NCBI GenBank assembly: GCA_002633005.1
Contig: NMRA01000078.1
Span: 505,868 to 569,867 of the forward strand
Length of the DNA: 64,000 nucleotides
Direction: 5' to 3'
Source of the DNA: Phoronis australis
Taxonomy: Eukaryota; Animalia; Phoronida
Of the stretch, positions 15,201 through 25,222 are shown in pieces. Below the pieces are notes generated by a model. The model saw only the letters and a program-made list of their open reading frames with translations, searched no databases and was not told the origin of the DNA. Position 1 is the stretch's first letter. The number at the start of each line of letters is the position of its first letter. A program made the translations under genes and the position numbers.

Positions 15201-18200
15201 AACGCTGGTTTGACCTGAAAATTTTGAGAAAATGCTCAAAACCTATCATGTTGGATGTCAATGGTTTGTTGATGTTACATATTATGCTATGTTAACCAAA
15301 AATGATTATCTTTAATTTGACACTTATGTTTACCGTTATGTTATCAACAGTTGAAAATGTCAGACACAGCTACTAAAATGTAGTTACTCTAGTTGTCCAA
15401 CAAATTTTTATAGTATCCAAATCATTCTATACCTATTGAGTTGGCAGACTTCCTGCTTTCAAAAAATTAGCGTTTGGATAAAAATTGAATGCTCACGTTA
15501 ATTTTGAAATTTGTGTTAGTAAAAAATAATACAGTAAGTGTTACACTGACATTCTGTCATAATGGTTGAAGCAGCAATATTGTAGTCACGAATTTAAAAA
15601 TTAATTTCGGAAAATGCTAACATTTGGATGTCTAGTCTGCACGCCACCTATTGGCCACATCACATGACTTAATGAATAGAAGTCTGAAAGATATAAATAA
15701 TTTGTGTTTACAATACAACACAATTTAAGTAAAAATTTCAATGTTTAAATAAATTTCATTCTAAATGTAATTCTTTAATTCTCTTTTTCAGACTGTATTG
15801 TTCCAAGTAGTGGTGTTTTTCAAGTGAAGTTAAAAAAAGTTGGTACCGACTTGGGCCTGTCAATCAAGTGTAAGTGTTTGTTTTTTCTTGCAATCACCTA
15901 TTTACAAAATGTGAAACTTTCCTTTTCTTAAATGTGTTACTATCCAATTTAAAGCTTGACAGGATACCATGCAGGGTGTTTCAAAATGAGGGATTCAGTT
16001 TCAACACTGTTGTATCACTAACAGTCACTAAGGGCAGTTCCAGCAAAGTTCGTATGGGAGGGGGGATGGCAGTTGATGTAAAAATTTATGGGTGGTTGCC
16101 TTATGAAGAAAATTCGAGTTGTGGGTGGTCTTTCTTGAAAGAAGTTTGATTAAAGTATGGCTTGGAATTTTCCGCGGAAACACGGATTTCCGCTTTTTTC
16201 AAATGTGCTTTCCGCTTTTTTATAATATTTCCGCGTAAAAAAATTGGATTTGATATAAAATTTCCGCTGCAAATTCCTTTCTTACTGCGGCGTTGCAGAC
16301 GACGTTCACCTCGAAAAGCGGAAGTTGCTCTTTATGTTTCGGAGGAACGTAAATTGTCAACATTGCCGGGGCATCTGGGACAGCGTGGTGGGATTTTTTT
16401 TTTTTAGTCCTCCCAATTTTTGTCGGGGTAAGGTTCACATTGACCATTTCAAGGCTGGTTATCGGGGCATGATTTGGGCCGTAGTTTCGAAGTTTCCGCG
16501 TTTTTTGTCATTGGTCATTCCAAGCCCTGTTAAAGATAGGTAGTATGTTTTGTCCTATAAATGTTGAGAGGTGGGTATTTGAAGCCAAACAGTGACCTCA
16601 ATACCGTCTGATAAAAATTCAAAACTTACTTAAAATTCACCTACCCACAAGTACCCAAAAAACAACAAAACAAGCCCATGTTCTTGGTGTGCAGAGTGTA
16701 ATATGAACACTAAGCTTTTGCTCAAGTCATTTCTGGTAACTGACATGAGTTGCGATATCACAAGGAATTTTTTTGCATGCACAAAAACTTTTGTGGTCAA
16801 TTATAATCGGCATCCCATCCATCCCTTCGTTTGGCTGTCGATCCGTCTGTCATTATCATTTGATTCGACCACCCTCTTGGCCGCTTTAGTTTTTGACAAT
16901 ATTAGACATTTTTTTCCGTTGATCTTCAAAGTACTTAACAGGTCATCCTGGAGGCAATTTGTTTACAAGTTAGTGTTGGATTTTATATTTTAAACTAATA
17001 AATTAAAAATTATGGGTCGTGGATTGGAGAAATAAAAGAACAAGATGGTCGTTGGGTATAAATTAAAAGTGCCTTCCCTCTCCCATACATTTTTGCTGGA
17101 ACCAGTTTTCTCCACTGAATAGCAGGCATCAAACTGGTTCTCAAAATCTGGTACTTTGGTAAGTGGCTATTGCCGTTGGGTTTGTGCAACTGCAAACTTG
17201 TGTCTCAATATTGTCCAACGGCAGTGAGTTGTGAAGAATTTGAGATTAGTTTAAATAATAAAGGTTTCATTTAGGGACGATGTTGATGAACTGTAATGTA
17301 GTGCCAATTATAAGATTTTTCAAAAAACTTTTAAGTATAAAATACCAGGTAATAGAATAATAAATATAATTTAGAAGTTTCATGGAAATTACCACGATTT
17401 CGCTGTCAAATGATTACAAACATTTGATCGTTATTTTATAAATACAATAACATTCTCAGATCAACTATTATCAAGATAATAATAGTTTTAATGTTTCTAT
17501 AATTAATACTGAACAAATTAAGGGATTGTAGCGTTGGTAGTGACTATAGCCAATTACGTTAAAAAGTACATGGCATTGCGAACACTAGTCAATAATCCCC
17601 TTATGCCATCACGCTCATGTTGTAGTTATTTGTTCCAGAATCTGAGGTCTCAACTTCTGACAATGCATTGTACTAGTTGAATTGTCCTCTAATAATGATC
17701 TTAGCTTACCCTGTATTTTTGTCATTAGCGTCAAGTGATCCTCGGCCCCCAATGCATGTGAATCCTCGTTTGTGGAAATAACGTTATGCCACTAAGCCAT
17801 ACCGTGTTCTTTAATTGTTTTTCATGTGAAGCTGTCTCTGTGAATACAGTATACTTACTATCTTTGATTATATAATGTTCCTGTGTTTTCAGCTTCCAGT
17901 GTTAGTAAGGCAGGTGAACATCTGTACATCTGTAGTGTGAGGCCTGGTAGTGCTGCTTGCAGGTTGGTAATGAGGAGGCTCTAACCAATTATGTTTACTC
18001 AACTCGAAAGTTGACCAATCACAGTGCTTGGAATTTTAAAGTTTACTCGAAACGTGCCACACGATTGGTTGAATTTTGAGCTGAGTTCAATAATGTTTGG
18101 TTGTGGTGACATTGAGTTTGTTAATGTAATGTTTATTAAGTGTTAGTAATAATTAATTTATACAGTCATTTATATGCAGGTCTATGTTAAATGACCTGTT

Positions 18201-21200
18201 AGCTAACTGGAAATTAAATTACCAAACTATCATTGTGTGCACCTTTTAGCAAACTTGCAACACATATGATTTTGACTTTTTGTTACCGATGTCCTGTAGC
18301 GCGAATGTACCTGTTGACACAATGTACTTTTTAGTTCTTCATAAACTCTGTTAAATACTTTAAATCTTTTTGCTTTTCAAAGGAAGTCATCCAATAACAC
18401 TTCTGCAAAAGTCAAAAATCAATTTACCTCCTACATGTAAGTGTGTCGCTTAACTGGTAACTTGGGCTGCTTATGTTTGAACTCAAGCAGGCTTTTCAAT
18501 TAATTGATTTCAATCTGTTGAAATCATCTAGTCAAGAGTCATAATTGTAAAAATTAAACTCATTAAATCATTTCTACATTAATTACAACCGATGTCTTCA
18601 CAATGTTTTCCTCCATTCTCTGATTCTCTTAGGTCTGGAGTTGTGTCTGCTGGTGATCGTCTGCTTGCCATTGACAACATACGTCTGCACCAGTACTCTG
18701 CAGACGATGCTGTTCAAATATTGCAGAGTCGTGATGATGTGGTGAAACTGAAGATTAAAAAGGAGGAAGTTTTAGGTAAAAGGCTTGCGGACTCTTTAAT
18801 TTGTTGCTTAATCACAGTAAGGACATTGTGTCGTCTCTTTCTTATTTACACCTTCCTTTGCTGTGAGGTTTTTTATTGGCTTCATTTTAAAATGCATAAT
18901 TTTCTCAGTGGTAGTGCCGAATTCATTGATAGGTTTTTGTCTTATTTTATTCCAATTTAAAGTAAGAAAGTTTTGCCTTTCTCACGGTGCTACTAGCTAC
19001 TTTATTATATGTCATTATCCTAATTTATGTGAACTACAGTTTTTTTGAACTTTTCAACTTTGAACTTTACACTTTCTTGCTGTTTGCAGATGCTGCTGGT
19101 GATGATGGTGTAGAGTCCACCGTGGAGTTGCTTCGTCACGGAGGTCCACTGGGCATCACTATATCTGGTACAGAGGAACCGTCCGACCCCATCGTGGTGT
19201 CAGCACTCACTGAAGGGGGCGTGGCTGCCAGGTAAAGGGTAATGACAATCATATCAGTGGGGGTGTGTCCACTTGGTAAGGAGTGGTGGCTGCCAAGAGA
19301 GGGGTGATAGCAGTCATATCAAGGAGGGAGTGTGACTGCCAGGAGAGGGGTGGTGTCAGTCGTATCAGCAAGGGGTGTGCCAACCAGGTGAAAGGGTGAG
19401 AGCAGTCATATCAACAAGGGAGTCTTTGTATTCATGCACAATTAGTTATCAGAAGGGAAAGTTATTATCAATATCAATATATCAGAATGTGTGAGTATTG
19501 TTAACCTAGTTGGTGATATTTTGGTTTGTCAGCGAGGCTCAATAAACTGGAAGCCACCTAGCACGTCTAACTGATTTTCAGCCTTCTTTTCATTCAAACT
19601 GATTTGGTGTTTGTTCTAAAACGAGTGAGACAAAGGGAAAACTGATTCAAATTCCAAAGGTTGGATTTGCACAGCACTCTGACTCGAATTTCCTTTCAAA
19701 TATCCAACCTCCTGGAATTTTCTTTTTGTCTCATTGCTTTTAGTATGCTTTCAGGACTGGTTCTCTGTACATTGGTGATCAAGTACTGGCTATAAACAAC
19801 CAGTCACTTGTAGGTCAACCTCTAAGTGTAGCCATCAAAATGCTACAGACAGCTGGTGAAAAGGTCACATTGAAAGTAGTCCGACCTTCAACAGGTTAGT
19901 ACAGATTGGTGAGGTCATACTGAATGTAGTTCAGAGTTAACCGACATCTTACTGATAAGTGTTTCTACTAGTTTTCAGTGAGAAAATTGTACTCATGTTA
20001 CGCTTTGTCTTTTTAAATGTGGCAAAGAGCCTATTTTATAGATGCTGAAGGAGATTCAATCTTTGCTGTGTAGTAAATGTAATTGCTTCACTAAAAATGA
20101 TTGTTACTTGATTAAAAATTGACCTGTGTAAGCTCCCGTGATAGCTTTCTTGGAACTACGACCAAAGTACAAACGGGGAACAAACACAGTCGTAAGCATT
20201 AAGAATTGTAACGCATGATTTTAAACAGGGAAATGAGTCATTGAGACAAATGTAACATGTTTTGAAAAAATAAGATTTTAAAGAAACATGTGTATCGGAG
20301 TTTCATAGACGGAAGAATCTCATAGTTAAGTTAAAATAATTTTTTTTAATGACATTGTTTTCTCAGAAATTTGCAATACTTTAGAATTATAGAAGATTTG
20401 TTGGAGACCACACATAACCCTTGTTTGCTTCTCATTAGAAAGTCAAGTGTTCAGTTTTGAGAGCCCTAAAATGTATAATCAGAATTTCACCTTTGGCTGA
20501 ATATTGATATTGACAAGTCATGCTATATTAATCTATGAAACGCAGGTGAGGTCAAATTAACCACTTGAAATTAGCCCGGTTGAAGCATTGTCTTATGTAG
20601 CAATACTTTGATATTTAATCTTTACCCACTAATGTTTTAGGTTACAAGCCTGAAAAAGCAAATCAAGTTAATGAGGTAAAATTCATTTTCATTTTCTGAC
20701 AGGTGTTTGTAGAGTTATACAAAAAATGATCAACTGTAAACCTAGGATTGGTCTTCCTCAATCACTATGATGAATTTGTTAAAGTTACTTTCTTTCTAAT
20801 AGAACTCCACCTTAGAGATGAGTGAAAAAGCATGTTTCTATGCTATGGAGACCCTCACTTCCTTAATCAGGAAATCATTTTCACTAACTTCGTTTGAGAA
20901 CCACGATGCAAGAACAATTGATTTTGTCCATTTTTAATTGTATTTTTAATTATTTTGAAAACTCAGTTTAAGAATAACTAATAATTATTATAAATCGGTA
21001 AATAAAACAACAAGAATGGATCAACTGAAATTTGAAATTTTCGGAGGTAACAACTTCCTTTATCAACAAAAACAGAAATTTCAGTTGATCCATTCTTGTT
21101 GTTTTATTTACCGATTTATATATTCTTCATTTCATGAACCAATAGTATCCTTGGGAGGATCTGGATCGCCTTATTTAGTTTCAGATATATTTTCTACGTT

Positions 21201-24200
21201 AATAATTATTAGTGTTCATATACCACAAATCTTGGTCTTCTTACTGGACCTATAATTATGTCTGGAAAGATCTCTCTTCGAACTGAGTTTGAACCTGGGA
21301 AATTCAGCTAATGGTACAAACACTCTAGTCCAGTGAGCCGTCGTGAACTCAGGTCGATTACATAAATCCAAATGGACTTAATAGAAATCATTTCACCAAA
21401 TGTCGGGAACTGTAATATATGTGTATATAATTGTGATTTATAACAAAAAACACTTTAAATGAAGAATTGTTATGGTATTCCGCCACTTATTCCACACAAA
21501 ATTGAATATATTTTCACGTTAGTCAGCATATGCAAAATAAACTGAATAATCACAAACTTCATAGTTGACGGATATGCGATATCAACTGAGCAATTCAATC
21601 ATAAGCTTACAGTTTGTGATTGTTGTCTCCAGTGTGTTGTCATGTGTTATGGTGACAAACTTTTATGATTTCATGTTACAAGTGAAGGACCAAATAACAG
21701 TTAGTATTGGTGTGCGAAATTACGTGAGTGTCCGTAATAGATGGAGAGTTGCTGTATTTAAATGCTTTTTGCAATAGCTGATGGAAATTTGTTTTGTGTG
21801 AGACTAATGACTGCTTGTGGTTATTGGTCCATGAAGAATCATAATTACAAATTTTGTTATGGTTTTAAAGGAGATAATCCTTCTTGTCACGTAACTATCT
21901 GTGACTTATTTGAGTCTCTCATTTTCAGCATCTGCGTGATAAGTGCACGACTCCCATTCCCAGCGTGGACAGTGCAGTTGATTCATGGGATGAGTACGCT
22001 CCCGATGGGGGCCAGACTGTGATTCACAGGGGTACGTCTGTTTTAAGGTGCAATCGGAAGGGAAAATGGACAACTCCAAAGTTACCTGGTTGTGAAACCA
22101 AGCGTTATAATCCAATCAGAATACCATTGTAGCTGTTTTTGTGCTTGTTTATACGTGTGTAGGACTTCATGGAAGACAAGTTTGATTGTTTTAAAATTAA
22201 TCTAGCGAAGCTCACATATGGTGGTATCCAACTTGACTGAGAGATTTGCACGAAGTGTAGCACGTAACTCGGACCAAGTTATGCAAAATGTGACTTGCAC
22301 ATGTCCAACTTTTTGTGAGTTTTATTGTATTTTTAACTTGGTTCAGATAAAAATGATAACTAGCAAGTGGGCATTATTTACTACCTAGCACGTACTTGAC
22401 ATAACAACAAAAGAATATGATTATTAAATCCATGGTCCACTTAATTAATAAATAGTGAACCATTTACTCAGTGTCATGGTGGACAGAAAATTAAGCCAGC
22501 AACCCTAATTTAAAAGTTGTGCTTGTGCAGTTAGACTTTTGAACTCAAATATATAAATCACTCGTCTATAATAATTTGCCTTGTTTGCCATTTAAAGTTC
22601 TGTACAAAAACTCCATTAAAGATTGAATATTTAATACCTTTGTTGACAAATTATAGAACTTTCATCTTTTCACCCTGCGCCACCTGTTGGTGTGATGTCA
22701 CGACCAGAACACCAAGGAGTACAATGAGCCAATCTTGATCAATCAAAAATGAAAGTGGCTTCTCAGTGGCATTTTTAAAATGCATAAATTAGAATTAAGT
22801 TAGTTGACCAACTGTAAAGTATGTGTGCGACTTAATTAAACATTTTATTTGCAATATAACAAACAAATTTTATTTTTAGAAGGACATCTGAATTATTTTT
22901 ACTATAATAATAAGTGTACCCGATCATGAAAAGTGAAAAAATAAATATTTCACCAATTCCCAGAAGAGTAGGTGAGGTGAAAGAAAACAGGAACATTTGA
23001 CAGGGCCCAGTTGCATGAAAGTTATATGGCGTATAGCGACAATGGCATCTCATTATCACGCACCACGCTCTTATTGTTGAACAATGCAGGTGACGTCATG
23101 CAACAATCAAGCTTAGCCAGTGGATAATTTTAATATTTTATACAACCCAACCCAGATGGCCAAATATGGATAGTTTTCTGTAACTGGGAGACTGATGTAA
23201 TTGCTATCAATGTGAACTTCATTCAGTGGTTTTGCTAGTAATGCTCACTGAAGGTTTTAGTTCTAGAGGAAAACGTTATTTTGTATATAGTGAATGTACT
23301 CTATGTGAAACCGTCAGTCTGTTTATACCGAATAACTATGTGTGAAACCGTTATTCTTTATATAGTGAATATAATACATGAAGCCGTTATTCTGTATATA
23401 GTGAATATAGTTCACGTGAAATTATCTACCATAGGAATTGTTGTTTTGCACTAACGCTATGGCCTGATATTGAACTGACATTGTTCAATTCTCATTTTGT
23501 TTTCAGATGAAGCTACACATCAGTCAAGTGGTTTGGCGGGGAGAGGGGGTAGTCCGAACAGCACAGATAGGTTGAACATTCGCGACTTAGATTTGTCTCG
23601 AAAGTTAGATTCGTCTCGCATGTCGCAGGGACACAATTCATCACTTGCTTCAGCCAGTCGTGGCCTTTCATTGTCACAGCGATCGAAAAGTTGTGATGCA
23701 GACACATCCAAAAAATCTGACTGTCAAAACTTTGCACACAAATCTAGTGACCACAGCGCAAGAGTATTGAGTAACAGTGCCTCAAGTGACCCCTGTGGGC
23801 CACATGTGTCACCTGTTTCCTGTAGAACTCTTCACCATTATCAGGATCAGCCGTCCTCTAGAAAACCGTCAGTGGATCATGGATATTACCTTGCCAAAGA
23901 TGTGTCACCAGATGGCAGACTAGTCAACTCAGTAAATGTGGACGATGTAATGGCTGCAGGTGTTCATTCCAGCTTGACCTATGATGACTTTGGAAGTAGT
24001 TTACAAGACATCTTTAACACTATCAGCAGTTTTTCAGACAACACACCCAGTGTGTTGGAATTGCAGCGAGTAACTCTGTACAAGGATAGCTGTGAAGACT
24101 TTGGCTTTGGCGTGTCTGAGGGGCTGTACGAGCCAGGTATATTCATCAGTGCGGTGAGGCCGGACGGGCCGGCTGATAGGTGTGGTGTGAGGCCTTACGA

Positions 24201-25222
24201 TAGGCTTGTTCAGGTGAGTACAGTTACCGCCACCTGTGGGTGGCAGGTTGTAGGTGATACTGTTCATGTCATGGGTTGACAATGAAATTTGATTATAATG
24301 CAAAAACAGACCTACAGGAAAGCAAAAATTGTTGGTGGGGGAGGGGCACTCTGAAAATATGCTGAACCTGGTCACTACTACTTGTACAATTCCCTCAATC
24401 TTTCACCACCTCCAGTTTGTTCATGGCATCATGCACGTGGTTTATCAGCTTTTTGTAATTTTGGATGCTATGTCGATCACTTTATATGTACTGTTGAAAA
24501 CTCTGTTTGTGAGATTGTCCCTTTTGTTGATCATATTGTTCATAAGACCATGAGGTTTATTGATCACATTTTTTGTTATAGAGCACGTGATGTGGTGAGC
24601 ACTCTGTTTATGAAACCAAATACTGAACTAGTCCCTTCGTTTAGAAAACAGTGCAATGTGTTGATCAGTGAACAAATGTCTTCTTTATTGGACTACAAGC
24701 TTTGTTGATCTCTTTGTTCATAAGACTTAACGATGTGTTATTTGTTCATTAGAGTTCACATGGTTTGTTGATCACTTTGTTCATTGGACTACTTGCTTAT
24801 GATCTGTTCACAAGACCACATGGTATGTTAATTGTTCATGAAAGGTTATTTGGTGAATGAATCACTTTGTTCAGTGAATCATATGCAATGATAATGTTGC
24901 TCATAAGACGGTAATGGTCTGATTTAACATACCCGAATTTTGAGAACCAGTTTTTTCCACTGAATAACAGGCATCAAACTGGTTCTCAAAATACAGGCAT
25001 GTTCTACCAGGTTATTGCCCATAAGACTAATCGGTGTTGTAGGTGAATGACGTGAAGCTGGATAACCTTGACTGTCGACAGGCCGTGCATCTGATAGGGC
25101 AGTGTGGACACCAGGTGGCGCTTGTGATAGCACGCCAGTCTGAGGGCAAGGAAGGGAATCATTCAACAGAGCTGTGGGATAGGGATGAGCTATGCAGTGT
25201 GCAGTCACTGAAGACGGTGTGA
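213..25222 (+). CDS. GRIP1: GRIP1/GRIP2-family glutamate receptor-interacting protein (7 PDZ domains); spliced gene, 19 coding exons in window, 5'-incomplete
   Basis: The exons join in frame through GT-AG sites. The translation recalls GRIP1 throughout: [77 protein letters not shown] and VTLYKD..EDFGF. The stop is TGA at 25220-25222. Confidence 0.93.
2648..2793 (+). CDS. GRIP1: GRIP exon, PDZ1 C-half ([15 protein letters not shown]...[10 protein letters not shown])
   Basis: tttccag acceptor, T|gtaagt donor; PDZ GD..VNG motif. Confidence 0.92.
4085..6264 (+). mobile_element. 5'-truncated, decayed non-LTR retrotransposon (CR1/L2-like) in a GRIP intron
   Basis: RT fragments ([18 protein letters not shown]; [13 protein letters not shown] at ~4802-4858; [14 protein letters not shown]; WNSLP), a C-terminal C-x-C knuckle at ~5777 and an A-rich tail at ~6250; many frameshifts. 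Confidence 0.85.
6410..6572 (+). CDS. GRIP1: GRIP exon, PDZ2 N-half ([16 protein letters not shown]...[18 protein letters not shown])
   Basis: ttcag acceptor, AG|gtaagt donor; this frame is not in the ORF track. Confidence 0.9.
7930..8345 (-). mobile_element. Penelope-like element remnant (GIY-YIG endonuclease C-terminus)
   Basis: Minus strand reads [17 protein letters not shown] (degenerate GIY..YIG), then [14 protein letters not shown]...FKRGFNEAL...NKQGAL.FQL, typical of the end of a PLE endonuclease. Confidence 0.7.
8471..8616 (+). CDS. GRIP1: GRIP exon, PDZ2 C-half ([15 protein letters not shown]...IEYDVSVM)
   Basis: taccag acceptor, G|gtgag donor. Confidence 0.92.
9716..9863 (+). CDS. 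GRIP1: GRIP exon, PDZ3 N-half ([24 protein letters not shown]...ASIADR)
   Basis: tttcag acceptor, AG|gtatgt donor. Confidence 0.92.
10018..10159. mobile_element. MITE-like non-autonomous element
   Basis: Imperfect terminal inverted repeats GGTACTTGCGGGGATTT / AAATCCCTGCCAGTACC. Confidence 0.55.
11241..11417 (+). CDS. GRIP1: GRIP exon, PDZ3 C-half ([20 protein letters not shown]...LEIIP)
   Basis: tatcag acceptor, GG|gtaaac donor. Confidence 0.9.
11781..11935 (+). CDS. GRIP1: GRIP exon, PDZ3-4 linker ([10 protein letters not shown]...TLPRG..GTMPSRL)
   Basis: tttccag acceptor; open frame phase-compatible with both neighbours; donor G|gtgag, with an alternative G|gtagg at 11926. Confidence 0.7.
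12644..12769 (+). CDS. GRIP1: GRIP exon, PDZ3-4 linker (GNLRTND...[22 protein letters not shown])
   Basis: caccag acceptor, A|gtaagt donor; phase 1-1; NTLPR-like linker motif. Confidence 0.75.
13516..13687 (+). CDS. GRIP1: GRIP exon, PDZ4 N-half (SSLASA...KGFGFTVQ...[14 protein letters not shown])
   Basis: tacag acceptor, AG|gtatgg donor. Confidence 0.9.
14923..15062 (+). CDS. GRIP1: GRIP exon, PDZ4 C-half ([15 protein letters not shown]...LEIEFDVA)
   Basis: tttccag acceptor, G|gtaag donor. Confidence 0.92.
15792..15869 (+). CDS. GRIP1: GRIP exon, PDZ5 start ([26 protein letters not shown])
   Basis: tttttcag acceptor, T|gtaagt donor. Confidence 0.9.
16159..16529. mobile_element. CpG-rich MITE-like element
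   Basis: Inverted ends GGCTTGGAAT / ATTCCAAGCC(CTG); repeated TTTCCGC subterminal motifs. Confidence 0.55.
17893..17962 (+). CDS. GRIP1: GRIP exon, PDZ5 middle ([24 protein letters not shown])
   Basis: ttttcag acceptor, AG|gttggt donor. Confidence 0.85.
18633..18775 (+). CDS. GRIP1: GRIP exon, PDZ5 C-half ([18 protein letters not shown]...VKLKIKKEE)
   Basis: cttag acceptor, G|gtaaa donor. Confidence 0.92.
19090..19231 (+). CDS. GRIP1: GRIP exon, PDZ6 N-half ([38 protein letters not shown])
   Basis: ttgcag acceptor, AG|gtaaag donor. Confidence 0.93.
19190..19425 (+). repeat. Degenerate ~40-bp tandem repeat overlapping the PDZ6 exon donor
   Basis: Units like GGGTG.TAGCAGTCATATCA..GGGGGTGTG.CTGCCAGG recur about 5 times, starting in the exon end. 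Confidence 0.6.
19755..19894 (+). CDS. GRIP1: GRIP exon, PDZ6 C-half ([18 protein letters not shown]...AGEKVTLKV)
   Basis: tttcag acceptor, G|gttagt donor. Confidence 0.92.
20641..20675 (+). CDS. GRIP1: GRIP 35-nt micro-exon ([12 protein letters not shown])
   Basis: ttttag acceptor and GAG|gtaaa donor; supplies the phase 1 to phase 0 bridge needed to read the next exon in its conserved frame. Confidence 0.65.
20989..21201. mobile_element. Penelope pLTR-derived palindrome (45-bp perfect inverted repeat) plus pLTR extension
   Basis: Arms 20989-21033 and 21076-21120 are exact reverse complements; arms and spacer are homologous to the Penelope 3' repeats at 56092-56372; 21121-21201 recurs inverted at ~38381-38460. 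Confidence 0.8.
21266..21340 (-). mobile_element. Possible tRNA-derived SINE head (degenerate)
   Basis: Minus strand has A-box-like CGGCTCACTGG and B-box-like GGTTCAAACTC at tRNA-like spacing. Confidence 0.35.
21929..22031 (+). CDS. GRIP1: GRIP exon, PDZ6-7 linker ([23 protein letters not shown]...)
   Basis: ttttcag acceptor, G|gtacgt donor; GRIP-typical [11 protein letters not shown] motif. Confidence 0.88.
23507..24213 (+). CDS. GRIP1: GRIP exon, Ser-rich linker plus PDZ7 N-part (...[24 protein letters not shown]...RPYDRLVQ)
   Basis: ttttcag acceptor, CAG|gtgagt donor; lies within ORF 23497..24279. Confidence 0.9.
24440..24910 (+). repeat. Degenerate tandem repeat (TTTGTTGATCAC..TTGTTCATAAGAC-like units)
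   Basis: The motif recurs repeatedly at short, irregular spacing in the last GRIP intron. Confidence 0.55.
25043..25222 (+). CDS. GRIP1: GRIP terminal exon, PDZ7 C-part ([18 protein letters not shown]...LVIAR...SLKTV*)
   Basis: tgttgtag acceptor, phase 0; completes PDZ7; TGA stop. Confidence 0.88.
   Translation: MNDVKLDNLDCRQAVHLIGQCGHQVALVIARQSEGKEGNHSTELWDRDELCSVQSLKTV

Noticed and set aside
25208-25222. GRIP C-terminus LKTV as a class I PDZ-binding motif
   Set aside because: Class I ligands need S/T at position -2; here position -2 is Lys.
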